Shown: in pieces, positions 47,138 through 56,065 of the stretch
How positions within the stretch are numbered: the first letter of the stretch is position 1
Layout of the letters: each line of letters starts with the position of its first letter
Sequence record: MG748548
Strand: one strand, 5' to 3'
Source: Escherichia phage EP335
Length of the DNA: 64,000 bases
Notes under the pieces: model-generated
The model's database searches: none
Told to the model about the DNA's origin: nothing
What the model saw: only the letters and a program-made list of their open reading frames with translations
Position numbers and translations under genes: made by a program

Positions 47138-48331
47138 TTAATTTCCTAAGAAAAGTTTCGTGAGAATTGAATCCCACTCCGTACTAGGCAGTACATCAAA
47201 ACTGCTATTATTTGACAGATTCGACTGTTGAAAGTGGCGAATCATTGTGTAAGTATTAACACGGTCATTGCCAAATCGAGTATACAACAACTCATTTCGA
47301 GTCTTGTCTGATAGGGAAATAGCTTTGGCAAAAGCTACAATCAGCATAGGCTCTTTGAGGGCACGATCTTGAAGGGCTTCCGGTTGAAGAATAGGTAAGA
47401 ACATTGAGTTGTTTACATACAGCTCATGCTCTTCGTGTCCGGGAACGTCATACCAAACACTCGAATAGTCTTCATCACGGAAATGTCCTTCACCAGCCAT
47501 ATATGACGGTTGACGCCACGCAGTCTGGCGAGGTTCTGCCATATTAGCTCCGATGCCCACTGTGTACAGTGTTACAGGGAACAGGCAGTTATCGTATTCA
47601 TTACCAGTAAAGGCAACTCGTACTTCGCCAAACAGATTCTCTTTTGCGTTAATCAATCGAGAATAGGCAAGAGCTTGTAACGGAGACCAATCGTCCATAA
47701 AGAGCTTATCAAGGAAAGTCCACACATTTGCTTGCTCATCTTCTTGATAAAACAGACGATTAACCATAAGATAGAACAGGCAACGATCAGCAGGCACTGG
47801 TTCAGATACATCTTCTGTTACCACACCCATAAAACCTTTTTCATGCCAAACAAGACATGAAGGACGATCTTTATCCATGAAAGCTTCAAGTGCTTCCATA
47901 ACTGACTTGACAGTTACATCAGGTCGTTCACGATATTCAGCCCAAAGCTCAACTGCGTTCTTAGGCTTTTCATCCCCTACATCAGCGTGATAGAAAGCAT
48001 ATTGGAAGGAGATGATGTTGTTGCTCCCATCCTTTCCACGCATAGGGATATGGGTTCCAGAGTTCCAGATAATACGAATATCTTCCATTGACATTAAACT
48101 GCTTAGGAGTTCATCGCTGCCAGAGCTTTGCATCAAGCTATAGCTGCTATCCCAAACATGGACATACTGCGTCCAGCCTTCATTGGCTTCGTAGGTAATG
48201 GGGTCGTAATAATCACTATCTTCGTCACAATCATCACCACCGTGGTAGTTGCTGTGCTGAAGAAAGCCATAGCAAGGAGGCCAGACTGTTACTACATTGT
48301 CCTGCTTATCCTGCAATGTTACTGGAAACAT
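47138..48331 (-). CDS. Hypothetical protein
   Basis: 397-aa ORF. Confidence 0.5.
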   Translation of the reverse strand: MFPVTLQDKQDNVVTVWPPCYGFLQHSNYHGGDDCDEDSDYYDPITYEANEGWTQYVHVWDSSYSLMQSSGSDELLSSLMSMEDIRIIWNSGTHIPMRGKDGSNNIISFQYAFYHADVGDEKPKNAVELWAEYRERPDVTVKSVMEALEAFMDKDRPSCLVWHEKGFMGVVTEDVSEPVPADRCLFYLMVNRLFYQEDEQANVWTFLDKLFMDDWSPLQALAYSRLINAKENLFGEVRVAFTGNEYDNCLFPVTLYTVGIGANMAEPRQTAWRQPSYMAGEGHFRDEDYSSVWYDVPGHEEHELYVNNSMFLPILQPEALQDRALKEPMLIVAFAKAISLSDKTRNELLYTRFGNDRVNTYTMIRHFQQSNLSNNSSFDVLPSTEWDSILTKLFLGN

Positions 48332-48342
48332 TTTGAAACCTC

Positions 48343-48705
48343 TTATTGTTGTTTGATCAACTCAACGGACTTACGGATGTAAAGAATATCACGGAAGTTA
48401 CGGTAGTTGTTCATGAATTGATGCTTCTGGAACTCCGCTTCAAGCAGAGATTCTTTGGCACTTTCATAACTCTTACGGGCAAGATACACAACCCGCTCTG
48501 GTAATACGTTTGCACGACGGATGATATACTTGTGAGCTTTCATATTGCTCTGCTCACGAGATATCTTACTTTTCGCTACCGTAATGCCATTTGCAAGCCA
48601 AACAAGCTCTTGCTCAAGCTCTTCGTTGGACATTCCACCGAGGTTTGATGCAACCTTGTTCAGAGTTTCAATGTTAACGTTGCCCTTGATGGGACGTGTA
48701 TTCAT
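48343..48705 (-). CDS. Hypothetical protein
   Basis: 120-aa ORF. Confidence 0.45.
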   Translation of the reverse strand: MNTRPIKGNVNIETLNKVASNLGGMSNEELEQELVWLANGITVAKSKISREQSNMKAHKYIIRRANVLPERVVYLARKSYESAKESLLEAEFQKHQFMNNYRNFRDILYIRKSVELIKQQ

Positions 48706-49096
48706 ACCTACTCCTGTTGTTTACACTCACCAATAACCCACTGATAAGAAGTGGATTGACCTGAAAAGAAACACTGAATAAATCCAGACGTTCTCTGCGT
48801 TACCAGTGCTAGTGCACATATCACTACCGCTGCTGCTAGCAGTTTCATATCTAATTTAGACATATTTCCTCTCTTTGAATTTAAAAAAGGACTCTCCGAA
48901 AAGAGCCAAGCTTTAAATACAAAAAGATATTACCCAATATCTGTGGATAACCTGCTCTTAAAATATCTATCCGACGGATGTTCGAGGATTGTTCCTCTCC
49001 CTAGCATCGGCCCCATACGGGAAATATATTAAGATTAGGTTAGTTGAGTCAGAATGACTCACATAGCCCTCCGAAGGGAAGGCTATAAATGTCACT

Positions 49097-49339
49097 CTAT
49101 TTATCCCCACCAAAGGCGAGGTAGGCATCTCTGATTTCAGTAACCTGTGAATCAGGTTTGAATGCAGACAAATGTCCTGTGTTCAGGTTAACTGCGTTGG
49201 CAGGGATGATGCAACCCTCTACTTTAGTATCAGGGATTTTCATGTAGTAACTTGAAAAGTGCTCTGCTGAGAAAACTTCTCCAACAGTGATATCACTAAT
49301 CTTCGCTAGAACATCCTTAGCTGGTTGCCCTATTTTCAT
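49097..49339 (-). CDS. Small-paralog-family protein A
   Basis: Family motif ISDITVGEVF...YYMKI...AVNLNTG shared with ten other small genes. Confidence 0.55.
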   Translation of the reverse strand: MKIGQPAKDVLAKISDITVGEVFSAEHFSSYYMKIPDTKVEGCIIPANAVNLNTGHLSAFKPDSQVTEIRDAYLAFGGDK

Positions 49340-49572
49340 TACTCACCTTTCTTAGCACGGTCTTTGGCAGTTTTACCAGTGCGGATACGATGGGAAACGT
49401 TAACCAGAGTGCCACCTTCAATAATGGTAACGCTCTTGTTCTTGGCAATGTCAAACACAGACTTCTCTGTGCCACCCAAGCGAATCTGCTTAGGCTCGCT
49501 GAAGGTTTGAGTGGACTTGGATTGGATGTTGAACGGCTGACGGATTGCATCGATTGCGCTTACTTTACTCAT
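49339..49572 (-). CDS. Hypothetical basic protein
   Basis: Internal ATG at 49572 with AGGAG upstream; alternative-frame ORF 49317..49550 considered less likely. Confidence 0.4.
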   Translation of the reverse strand: MSKVSAIDAIRQPFNIQSKSTQTFSEPKQIRLGGTEKSVFDIAKNKSVTIIEGGTLVNVSHRIRTGKTAKDRAKKGE

Positions 49573-49805
49573 AGGGGAATAGCTCCTAAAAATCATGACT
49601 GCGCAGAGGGAATTCCCTACGCAAAAACGACGCTAAAAGAAGCGTCACAGTAGTTGAAAAGAGGTACAGAAACAGGGGTTATTTAGCTACCTTTTTCTGA
49701 CCGTTTACGAACCAGATAATTGAACCGTCAGGCTGTCGTTGACCGAAGCCTTTCATGGTTAGCATGTCTTCCGAAAACTCTTTAAAAGTAATCACTTACT
49801 TACCC

Positions 49806-50051
49806 TTACATTGGAGTTAATATAATCTCTGCTTTGGCATACTTAACACCGACTTCAAGATTGTCAGCAACAGGACGAGGTTTGCCTGTACCCAAATTAA
49901 CTGCTCTGCGATATCCTCCGGATACAGTCATCATCAAATAGATGGTGCTGCTGTCATCTTCTTTTAAAGTGAAGATATCAGCGGTTGACAGATCTTTAAC
50001 AAAGAGTTTCTTTTCTTCTTCGTGACGAACCTTGATATGTATTGTGCTCAT
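49806..50051 (-). CDS. Small-paralog-family protein B
   Basis: VKDLSTADIF...YLMMTV...AVNLGTG. Confidence 0.5.
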   Translation of the reverse strand: MSTIHIKVRHEEEKKLFVKDLSTADIFTLKEDDSSTIYLMMTVSGGYRRAVNLGTGKPRPVADNLEVGVKYAKAEIILTPM

Positions 50052-50053
50052 AC

Positions 50054-50305
50054 CTACTCCTGAACCACGGACATACGAATCATTTCTACCGGAGTGTCAC
50101 CCTTCATAACACCCAGCACGCCAGTCAGAAGGTTAACTGTAGTAATCCAGTCTTTTTCTACAGAGATTTTGCTGGATACATTGGCAACACGCATATGATA
50201 CTGAGGTGATGCTGAACCTCGCTGAATTACGAAAGGGTTTCCGGGGATGATAGTATCCAGTGGATAAGTGTTATCTTTAACCTTGGGGATAATTTTCATT
50301 AGCAA
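50054..50305 (-). CDS. Small-paralog-family protein C (divergent)
   Basis: PLDTIIPGNPF...YHMRV...TVNLLTG. Confidence 0.45.
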   Translation of the reverse strand: MLMKIIPKVKDNTYPLDTIIPGNPFVIQRGSASPQYHMRVANVSSKISVEKDWITTVNLLTGVLGVMKGDTPVEMIRMSVVQE

Positions 50306-50568
50306 CCACTCACTAAAAGTTCAGCTGATACAGGGACAACATGGCACGTAGAATCTGGTGCTGTTACCAATCCATCACACAGACGAAGGGCTAAGGTACG
50401 TCCACTTTTTACGGACACATTAGGAGTATTGTGAACAAAGCCTTTAACATAGAGGGTGTCGCTGTCTGGGTGCTTGAACACCGCTCCATTTTCTAAGGAC
50501 TCGAGTCGGACACGATCTGTTCTGTTGGTAATTTTCACATTAACCCTTAACAACCTTAGCTTCAACAT
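50299..50568 (-). CDS. Small-paralog-family protein D
   Basis: LESLENGAVF...LYVKG...NVSVKSG. Confidence 0.5.
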   Translation of the reverse strand: MLKLRLLRVNVKITNRTDRVRLESLENGAVFKHPDSDTLYVKGFVHNTPNVSVKSGRTLALRLCDGLVTAPDSTCHVVPVSAELLVSGC

Positions 50569-50785
50569 TGACAGGATAAACCTTCATGCCATCAACAGGG
50601 GCACTCAGTTCGCCATTTTCCAGTTTAACACACACAATACGACCGAGAGGTGGCTCAATCCAAGACGTCTTATCTGTTGTACATACCATGTGAATAGGTC
50701 CACATGACTCTTTTCTGAAGGTGTCTCCGCTTTTTAACTCGGACAGCTTTACAGTTTTAGTAGGACTAACATCATTAACTTTCAT
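50540..50785 (-). CDS. Small-paralog-family protein E
   Basis: Internal start MKVNDV...; LSELKSGDTF...IHMVCT...VKLENG. Confidence 0.5.
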   Translation of the reverse strand: MKVNDVSPTKTVKLSELKSGDTFRKESCGPIHMVCTTDKTSWIEPPLGRIVCVKLENGELSAPVDGMKVYPVNVEAKVVKG

Positions 50786-50786
50786 A

Positions 50787-51017
50787 TTATTTACCCTGAA
50801 TAATAAGTTTAGACTCGAACATCTCAACAGTATTGGATTGAGGGACTGGATAGAAAATTTCTTTGGAGTTCTGAACACCCATTGCAGAGTGGTCTCCTAT
50901 TTTCATCCAGAACTTAGGGGCTATGCTGTCACCAGTAAAACGGAAAACATCTCCATTCTCTAAGTCAGAGAAGGTCTTGGAGGGTTCTTTGCTTTTTGGT
51001 ACTTGCTCAAAGTTCAT
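50787..51017 (-). CDS. Small-paralog-family protein F
   Basis: FSDLENGDVF...FWMKI...GVQNSKE. Confidence 0.55.
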   Translation of the reverse strand: MNFEQVPKSKEPSKTFSDLENGDVFRFTGDSIAPKFWMKIGDHSAMGVQNSKEIFYPVPQSNTVEMFESKLIIQGK

Positions 51018-51025
51018 CTTGATTC

Positions 51026-51349
51026 CTATTTAAGTTTAAGGCTGATATTAAGGTGCATACACGCCCTGTTCTGTACAGCGGCATAACTTCTACCGAGCAT
51101 GTCTGCCATTCTCTGAATAGGCATGAATCCAGCATTACGAATAACAAACTGATCTTCTTCTTCCGTCCACTTGACACGTAGAGTAGCTCTGGAAATTTTG
51201 AATTTAGTACAAGCTGTGTTAACAGCATTCTCTGTAACATTCATAATCAAAGCTATCTCAGGGATAGAGTATTCTTTGATCAACCGTCTAAGATTCTCGA
51301 TTTGCATCGGAGTCCATATGGTTCTTCTGGCTTTCATCTCACCACCCAT
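51026..51349 (-). CDS. DNA-binding protein with two Myb/SANT-like helix-turn-helix repeats
   Basis: Two ~45-aa repeats each beginning W-T and containing a basic recognition-helix-like segment. Confidence 0.45.
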   Translation of the reverse strand: MGGEMKARRTIWTPMQIENLRRLIKEYSIPEIALIMNVTENAVNTACTKFKISRATLRVKWTEEEDQFVIRNAGFMPIQRMADMLGRSYAAVQNRACMHLNISLKLK

Positions 51350-51560
51350 GTCTACTTTTAACTAGGATGCCATCAATTATTAGATAGTGGGAATGGTTAA
51401 TCATATCCGAAGACAAATCTCCGTGAGAGCTATTCCATTTAAGGAAGTTCATATTTTCCCAATCGGTGTAGTGCTTCTTGGCCTCTTCCTCTACCTGACT
51501 AAGAGTTACCCTTCTGAAAGGATAAGGACTGTACTTGATAAGCATTTCACATTTTGTCAT
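51339..51560 (-). CDS. Hypothetical protein
   Basis: Internal ATG with GGAGGA RBS; the track start at 51641 lies in a hairpin. Confidence 0.4.
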   Translation of the reverse strand: MTKCEMLIKYSPYPFRRVTLSQVEEEAKKHYTDWENMNFLKWNSSHGDLSSDMINHSHYLIIDGILVKSRHGW

Positions 51561-51989
51561 ACATCCTCCAATTAAACATTTATGTAAGACTTGCTTAGAT
51601 AAAGATTCAATAAAATAGGGGGAGGGGACGAATCCTCCCATATCCTATTAATTAATTTTGCATGTAAGATCTAACAATCGGCTGCCTTTGTAGGATAAGC
51701 GTTATGCTTTTCCAGCACTAAACTCCCGCCCCCTTAGTGGGCTGGGTTATTAAAGGGTAACGCCCTTGTAGGCTAGTTACGTGAATGTTAGTTTGATAGG
51801 AGATCTGAAGTCCTATCTCAAAGGACTCTCGTAAGAATCCTTCACGATATTACTTATTCATTTTTCGTCGGCTATCTCTCCAAGCCAACCAAGTGTAGGT
51901 TTTCAACTCTTCAAAATCTTCTGGAGAGAATAGATATTCTTTGAAGGTGTCACCAAACCACTCTAAAAACTCTTTAGTCATAAATACCC

Positions 51990-52238
51990 CTACTCCTTTT
52001 TAGGGAGAATGAAACCCCACAGCCCTGCCCACAAGCAAAGGGATATAAACATCACAGCAACAATGGGCCATAGAAAAACCATAATTGCTATCTTTGATAG
52101 GTTTGGTTCGTTACCCCATCCTCTGAACTCGACACTACCTTTTACGTCAAGGATTTTTATCAGGGCTGAAGATAACACCATACCTATCAGATAAACGATT
52201 AACACACTAACAAGACTCATCGCAAGGTTGGTCTCCAC
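51990..52238 (-). CDS. Small membrane protein (two TM segments)
   Basis: Two hydrophobic helices; start uncertain. Confidence 0.4.
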   Translation of the reverse strand: METNLAMSLVSVLIVYLIGMVLSSALIKILDVKGSVEFRGWGNEPNLSKIAIMVFLWPIVAVMFISLCLWAGLWGFILPKKE

Positions 52239-52389
52239 ATGTTTTACAAATCACTGGCGAATAACTACAGGCAGGATATACTGACACACCATCCCACGTC
52301 TCACATCCACAGTCAGGGCATTCACCGTTGGATTCCATGTCATCATCGTCACACACTTCACCGCCACCATAACAGCTCATGTGAACTCC

Positions 52390-52611
52390 TTAGTAAACTA
52401 AACCTACAACCTTTGCATCAGGCTGAGGTACTACTTGTGCATTAGGGCGATAACCATCTACTGAACCATTCCAAATATTGATGCAGGTTATATACCCGTC
52501 ATTTACAGTATCTGTTTTAATCCAGAAATGTTTATCGTGCCCAAAAACATCCCCGTTAGAGAGGGAGGACAGTTCAACAGTTTTAAGGCACTGTTTAGAA
52601 TTCAGTTTCAT
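52390..52611 (-). CDS. Small-paralog-family protein G
   Basis: LSSLSNGDVF...FWIKT...CINIWNG. Confidence 0.55.
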   Translation of the reverse strand: MKLNSKQCLKTVELSSLSNGDVFGHDKHFWIKTDTVNDGYITCINIWNGSVDGYRPNAQVVPQPDAKVVGLVY

Positions 52612-52623
52612 GATAACCTCTGA

Positions 52624-52845
52624 TTAATAAGTGACACCAGTTAATGTAGCTTCAGGCATATGGACCACTTTAACTCCTGCTGCGAACCCATCCATATCAC
52701 CGTTGTGCAGGTTGACTGCTTTATAGTAACCGGACAAGAAACTAGAGGTCTTTACCCAAAAGCCATTATTCCATTTGAATACAGACCCACCTTTGAGAGT
52801 GGAAATCTCAACTGTAGTCTCACTGTTTGTTGCATCAATAATCAT
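52624..52845 (-). CDS. Small-paralog-family protein H
   Basis: ISTLKGGSVF...FWVKT...AVNLHNG; internal start assumed. Confidence 0.5.
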   Translation of the reverse strand: MIIDATNSETTVEISTLKGGSVFKWNNGFWVKTSSFLSGYYKAVNLHNGDMDGFAAGVKVVHMPEATLTGVTY

Positions 52846-53080
52846 AATCAGTGTTCCAATGTTCGTAGTTAATATGACTTCTAGGACGACCATACATAAT
52901 GAAGTGGGTCTTATTAATCCTTTCTTTCAAGGTATAATAAAGATCGCTATCGAAATTACCAATCTTTACTTGCCATCTAAGAGAGCGGGCATCCATTCGA
53001 AGCATTGATATCATCTGATTATGACTCTGACTACTCATTGCTTCCAGAAGCTTCTTCGTATTCCAATAATGAGTTGTCAT
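52835..53080 (-). CDS. Hypothetical protein
   Basis: 81-aa ORF. Confidence 0.4.
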   Translation of the reverse strand: MTTHYWNTKKLLEAMSSQSHNQMISMLRMDARSLRWQVKIGNFDSDLYYTLKERINKTHFIMYGRPRSHINYEHWNTDYDY

Positions 53081-53081
53081 A

Positions 53082-53369
53082 TTACCACTCCTTACCAGAT
53101 GTTGTTACAGAACCACTGCACCACTGTGCATTCGACAGTGTTTTAGTTTCTTCATCAACAGATGCACCATTAAGGCAAGAGATTCCATTATAGCGCATAT
53201 CAATCTCACCACTAGGAACCTTGTTCCCTGAATGCCAGCGAGATACGCACACACCTTCAACAGACACTGCACACCATCCATCAGGACGGCTCTGTACACA
53301 GCCTGTAAGGACCACACAAGCGATGAAGATACAGATTAAGGATATTACACCACCCCAACTCATAGGCAC
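53082..53369 (-). CDS. Cys-rich lipoprotein
   Basis: Signal peptide with lipobox VLTGC and five further Cys in the mature part. Confidence 0.5.
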   Translation of the reverse strand: MPMSWGGVISLICIFIACVVLTGCVQSRPDGWCAVSVEGVCVSRWHSGNKVPSGEIDMRYNGISCLNGASVDEETKTLSNAQWCSGSVTTSGKEW

Positions 53370-53503
53370 CTCCTAATTAAAGTGGTGGACTATCTGGAAT
53401 CGAACCAGAAGCTCACTAAGAAAGCAATTCCCACTGTTATAAAAGCACTTGCCTCAACAGGGATACACTAACTTTGGTGCCGTACCCATACTAGCCCTAA
53501 ATG

Positions 53504-53579
53504 TGGTGCGCCCTACAGGATTCGAACCTGTAACCAATAGCTTAGAAGGCTACTGCTCTATCCGTTGAGCTAAGAGCGC
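53504..53579 (-). tRNA. tRNA-Arg (anticodon UCU), CCA encoded
   Basis: Reverse complement folds as a canonical cloverleaf: acceptor GCGCTCT/AGGGCGC, D-arm GCTC-AACGGATA-GAGC, anticodon arm GTAGC-CTTCTAA-GCTAT, T-arm ACAGG-TTCGAAT-CCTGT, then A-CCA. Confidence 0.9.
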
Positions 53580-53938
53580 AGAATTATTTAAATCATGTCA
53601 CGCTTGGTAACATGACCACACACTTTACACTGCATAACATAGCGAAGACCTTTGTGCTTTGTCTCACCGTAATCGTCAGTAATCCTCAGTGTATATTTTT
53701 CAAGGATTACCCAATCATGCAGATGCACAAGACGTTTAAACCATTTGAACATAGTCAGGAACCTTTAACAGAAAAGGATATAGCTTCATTTAGAGAACGA
53801 AACCGTCCAACATACTGACCTGCGGCAGAAGTTACAACAAACCACTGACCTACAAAAGAGATTCCAGCAATCCGTCGGTTGTCATCATCAGCTACTCTCC
53901 AGTAGTCTTTATGAATTTGTTTTACTTTCACATCAACC

Positions 53939-54190
53939 TCAAGCACATGCAGGGAGTGTAACGATCTCAGGTTTACCTTCGAACTCTTCAAACAAACCCA
54001 AGAACGTCGGGCTATACGTACCAGTACAAACAAACTCATCAAAGAGTTCATTGTACGAAGGCTTAATCTTCCAAGCCCACACATAGCCCATCTTATCAAT
54101 CGCAATGTGACGAGTGTTCAGAGGAACAGCCATCATCACATCACCTACTGCAATAACTTTGGTTATCGGTGCAGCTTGGAAGTTTTTCAT
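53939..54190 (-). CDS. Hypothetical protein (possible distant member of the small-paralog family)
   Basis: 83-aa ORF; VIAVGDVMM...YVWAWKIK loosely resembles the family motif. Confidence 0.4.
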   Translation of the reverse strand: MKNFQAAPITKVIAVGDVMMAVPLNTRHIAIDKMGYVWAWKIKPSYNELFDEFVCTGTYSPTFLGLFEEFEGKPEIVTLPACA

Positions 54191-54362
54191 ACTTTACCTT
54201 TGATTCGCACGTTGTTGATGTAACAGGAAGGACAAGGACGAACAACTTCCCCGCCTTCTTTGATTATCTTAATCTCACTACGAGTGATATTCACACGAGC
54301 ACCACAACAAGGAGAATTAACGTAAGAGTAACCAGATTGGGTATGTTTGATGATTTGCTTGT

Positions 54363-54626
54363 TCATATTACACCTCTTTCGGAGATTTCAGCAACAAACC
54401 AGACTTGTGGAGTGTGTTGATAAACTTCATACGACTTGACTACGGATAAGCAGTATTCTAAGAAACCTTTCACAAGAATTGTTGTTTTCTCTACAGGGAT
54501 TTCTGAAATGTCAACACCAAAGATTTCCATAACAACCTCACCCTTTTGGATGATGCGAACATTCATATCAGTACCTCTTGTTAGTTTAAGTAAGAGTTGG
54601 CCCTTAATTAAAACAACAAAGGCCAC
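54363..54626 (-). CDS. Hypothetical protein
   Basis: 87-aa track ORF; start uncertain. Confidence 0.35.
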   Translation of the reverse strand: MAFVVLIKGQLLLKLTRGTDMNVRIIQKGEVVMEIFGVDISEIPVEKTTILVKGFLEYCLSVVKSYEVYQHTPQVWFVAEISERGVI

Positions 54627-54639
54627 CCGAAGGTAGCCT
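54605..54639 (-). terminator. Rho-independent terminator (AGGCUACC-UUCG-GGUGGCCU then U-run)
   Basis: 8-bp stem, UUCG tetraloop, then UUUGUUGUUUUAAUU on the - strand just downstream of the stop at 54647. Confidence 0.65.
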
Positions 54640-54646
54640 TATTTGA

Positions 54647-54868
54647 TCAGTTTTGCTTTAAGCCGAGCAGTCTGTTCTGTAAGAACTCATCCTCTGCATT
54701 GTACAGGAAAGCGAACAACAACTCTTTAGCCATATCTCGTGAGCAGTTAAGGCACTTAGAGATTTGAGTCAGTTGGAGATTTCGATCATCGTGTTCAACT
54801 ACAGCAATGCGAATGATCTCTCGCATACCGAACACATGAGTTGACTTAGCCGCCATAAGACCAATCAC
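54647..54868 (-). CDS. Hypothetical protein
   Basis: 73-aa ORF followed by a strong terminator. Confidence 0.45.
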   Translation of the reverse strand: MIGLMAAKSTHVFGMREIIRIAVVEHDDRNLQLTQISKCLNCSRDMAKELLFAFLYNAEDEFLQNRLLGLKQN

Positions 54869-55344
54869 CTTGACGTTTACGGATGTTACCAGTCAGACGC
54901 AGCATGGCAGACTCAATCTTCAGAGCACCATTTGCTACTGCATCCATACGCTCAGGACGGTTCATACGCTTGGTTGACTTCTTCATAACGTTCTCTCTTT
55001 GTTAGTGGAGGCATTATTGCCAGTTGATATAAGGGATAGCCCTAGTCAGGAGGCTAATTCTGACCGCGTACTCATTGCCGACCTTCTCTGCCTAAGAGTT
55101 CAGGTTCTAGAGCTATCTCTTATTCCAACTGGTGAAGACCTCCTACCCCTAGGAGATCTCCCAAATCCCAAACCAATACGTACCCCTACGTAGTGGAAAG
55201 TCTACCGAAATTGAACAGGTTTTAGTCTAACACCGGATGTTCGAGCAAGCTCTCCCTAGCGGTGCGGCATATGCCTGATTGATATATTTAATGAGGAACA
55301 CCCTCACATAGCCCTCTGATAAACACAAGGGCTATAAGTCGGTG

Positions 55345-55563
55345 TTACTTTTGGGATAAACACAGATCAGGACGTGGCATAACAGTGGTTGATAGACCGA
55401 AGACTTCAACAGAACCGCTGTTCAGATCGGCGGCCTTACACAAACCATCAGGAGTTTTATCTTCTAACATCAGCCAGAAACGTCTATCGTAAGAGAAAAC
55501 ATCACCACCTTTAACATCTTCTGCATTTGCATATTTAGGATAATCCACTACTTTAATTTCCAT
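55345..55563 (-). CDS. Small-paralog-family protein I
   Basis: AEDVKGGDVF...FWLML...AADLNSG. Confidence 0.55.
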   Translation of the reverse strand: MEIKVVDYPKYANAEDVKGGDVFSYDRRFWLMLEDKTPDGLCKAADLNSGSVEVFGLSTTVMPRPDLCLSQK

Positions 55564-55818
55564 CTACTTACCTTTATTAGTAACTACTGCATCAGGAATA
55601 AGGACTACAGGAATATCTGAAGCGAGCTTCATGACCTGATTGATGTTTAAATTGATCACCACACAACCCGCACTAGGCTTAACTTCGGCTACGTGTGGAG
55701 TGAAGAGTTGAACAACCATGTAATAACTTATACCGGTGTTTTTAACTTGGAACACATCGCCTAGTTTCAGATCACTCAACTTAAGTTCTGGATTCTTCCA
55801 CTCAAGATCAATCTTCAT
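55564..55818 (-). CDS. Small-paralog-family protein J
   Basis: LSDLKLGDVF...YYMVV...VINLNIN. Confidence 0.55.
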   Translation of the reverse strand: MKIDLEWKNPELKLSDLKLGDVFQVKNTGISYYMVVQLFTPHVAEVKPSAGCVVINLNINQVMKLASDIPVVLIPDAVVTNKGK

Positions 55819-56065
55819 CTTTAACCTCTATATTGGTTATGTGGAGATCATTGCGCACTTGGCAGATTTCATTTCTACTGATAGCGACAAGCACCCCTGA
55901 TACTACACTAACACAGTTTACGTGATAGTCAGTTGTTGAACCTGTTCTGATAAAAAGTTTATCTCGGAAAGAAAATAAAACCCCTGGCTTCATATTGCCC
56001 AAACGGAGTATCGTACCATCAGATTTAATATTAACCTTCACTGTTGATCTCCTGTTGCTTGGCAA
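55808..56065 (-). CDS. Small-paralog-family protein K (divergent)
   Basis: ILRLGNMKPGVLF...LFIRTG...VSVVSG. Confidence 0.45.
   Translation of the reverse strand: MPSNRRSTVKVNIKSDGTILRLGNMKPGVLFSFRDKLFIRTGSTTDYHVNCVSVVSGVLVAISRNEICQVRNDLHITNIEVKDED

Noticed and set aside
26222-48736. + strand ORFs inside the leftward block (for example 27818..28048, 37766..38122, 40550..41137, 42195..42824, 44288..44821, 44803..45201).
   Set aside because: Each lies antisense within a - strand gene that has recognisable domains (polymerase, primase-helicase, ATP-grasp, amidotransferase, amidoligase); no RBS or promoter evidence.
49317-49550. 77-aa ORF overlapping 49339..49596 in another frame.
   Set aside because: The competing frame has an internal ATG with an AGGAG-containing upstream region and a more protein-like composition.
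53384-53460. Possible second tRNA next to tRNA-Arg (T-arm TCTGG-TTCGATT-CCAGA at 53392-53408).
   Set aside because: No complementary 5' acceptor strand and no anticodon stem could be formed with variable loops of 4 or 5 nt; treated as a relic or chance T-arm.
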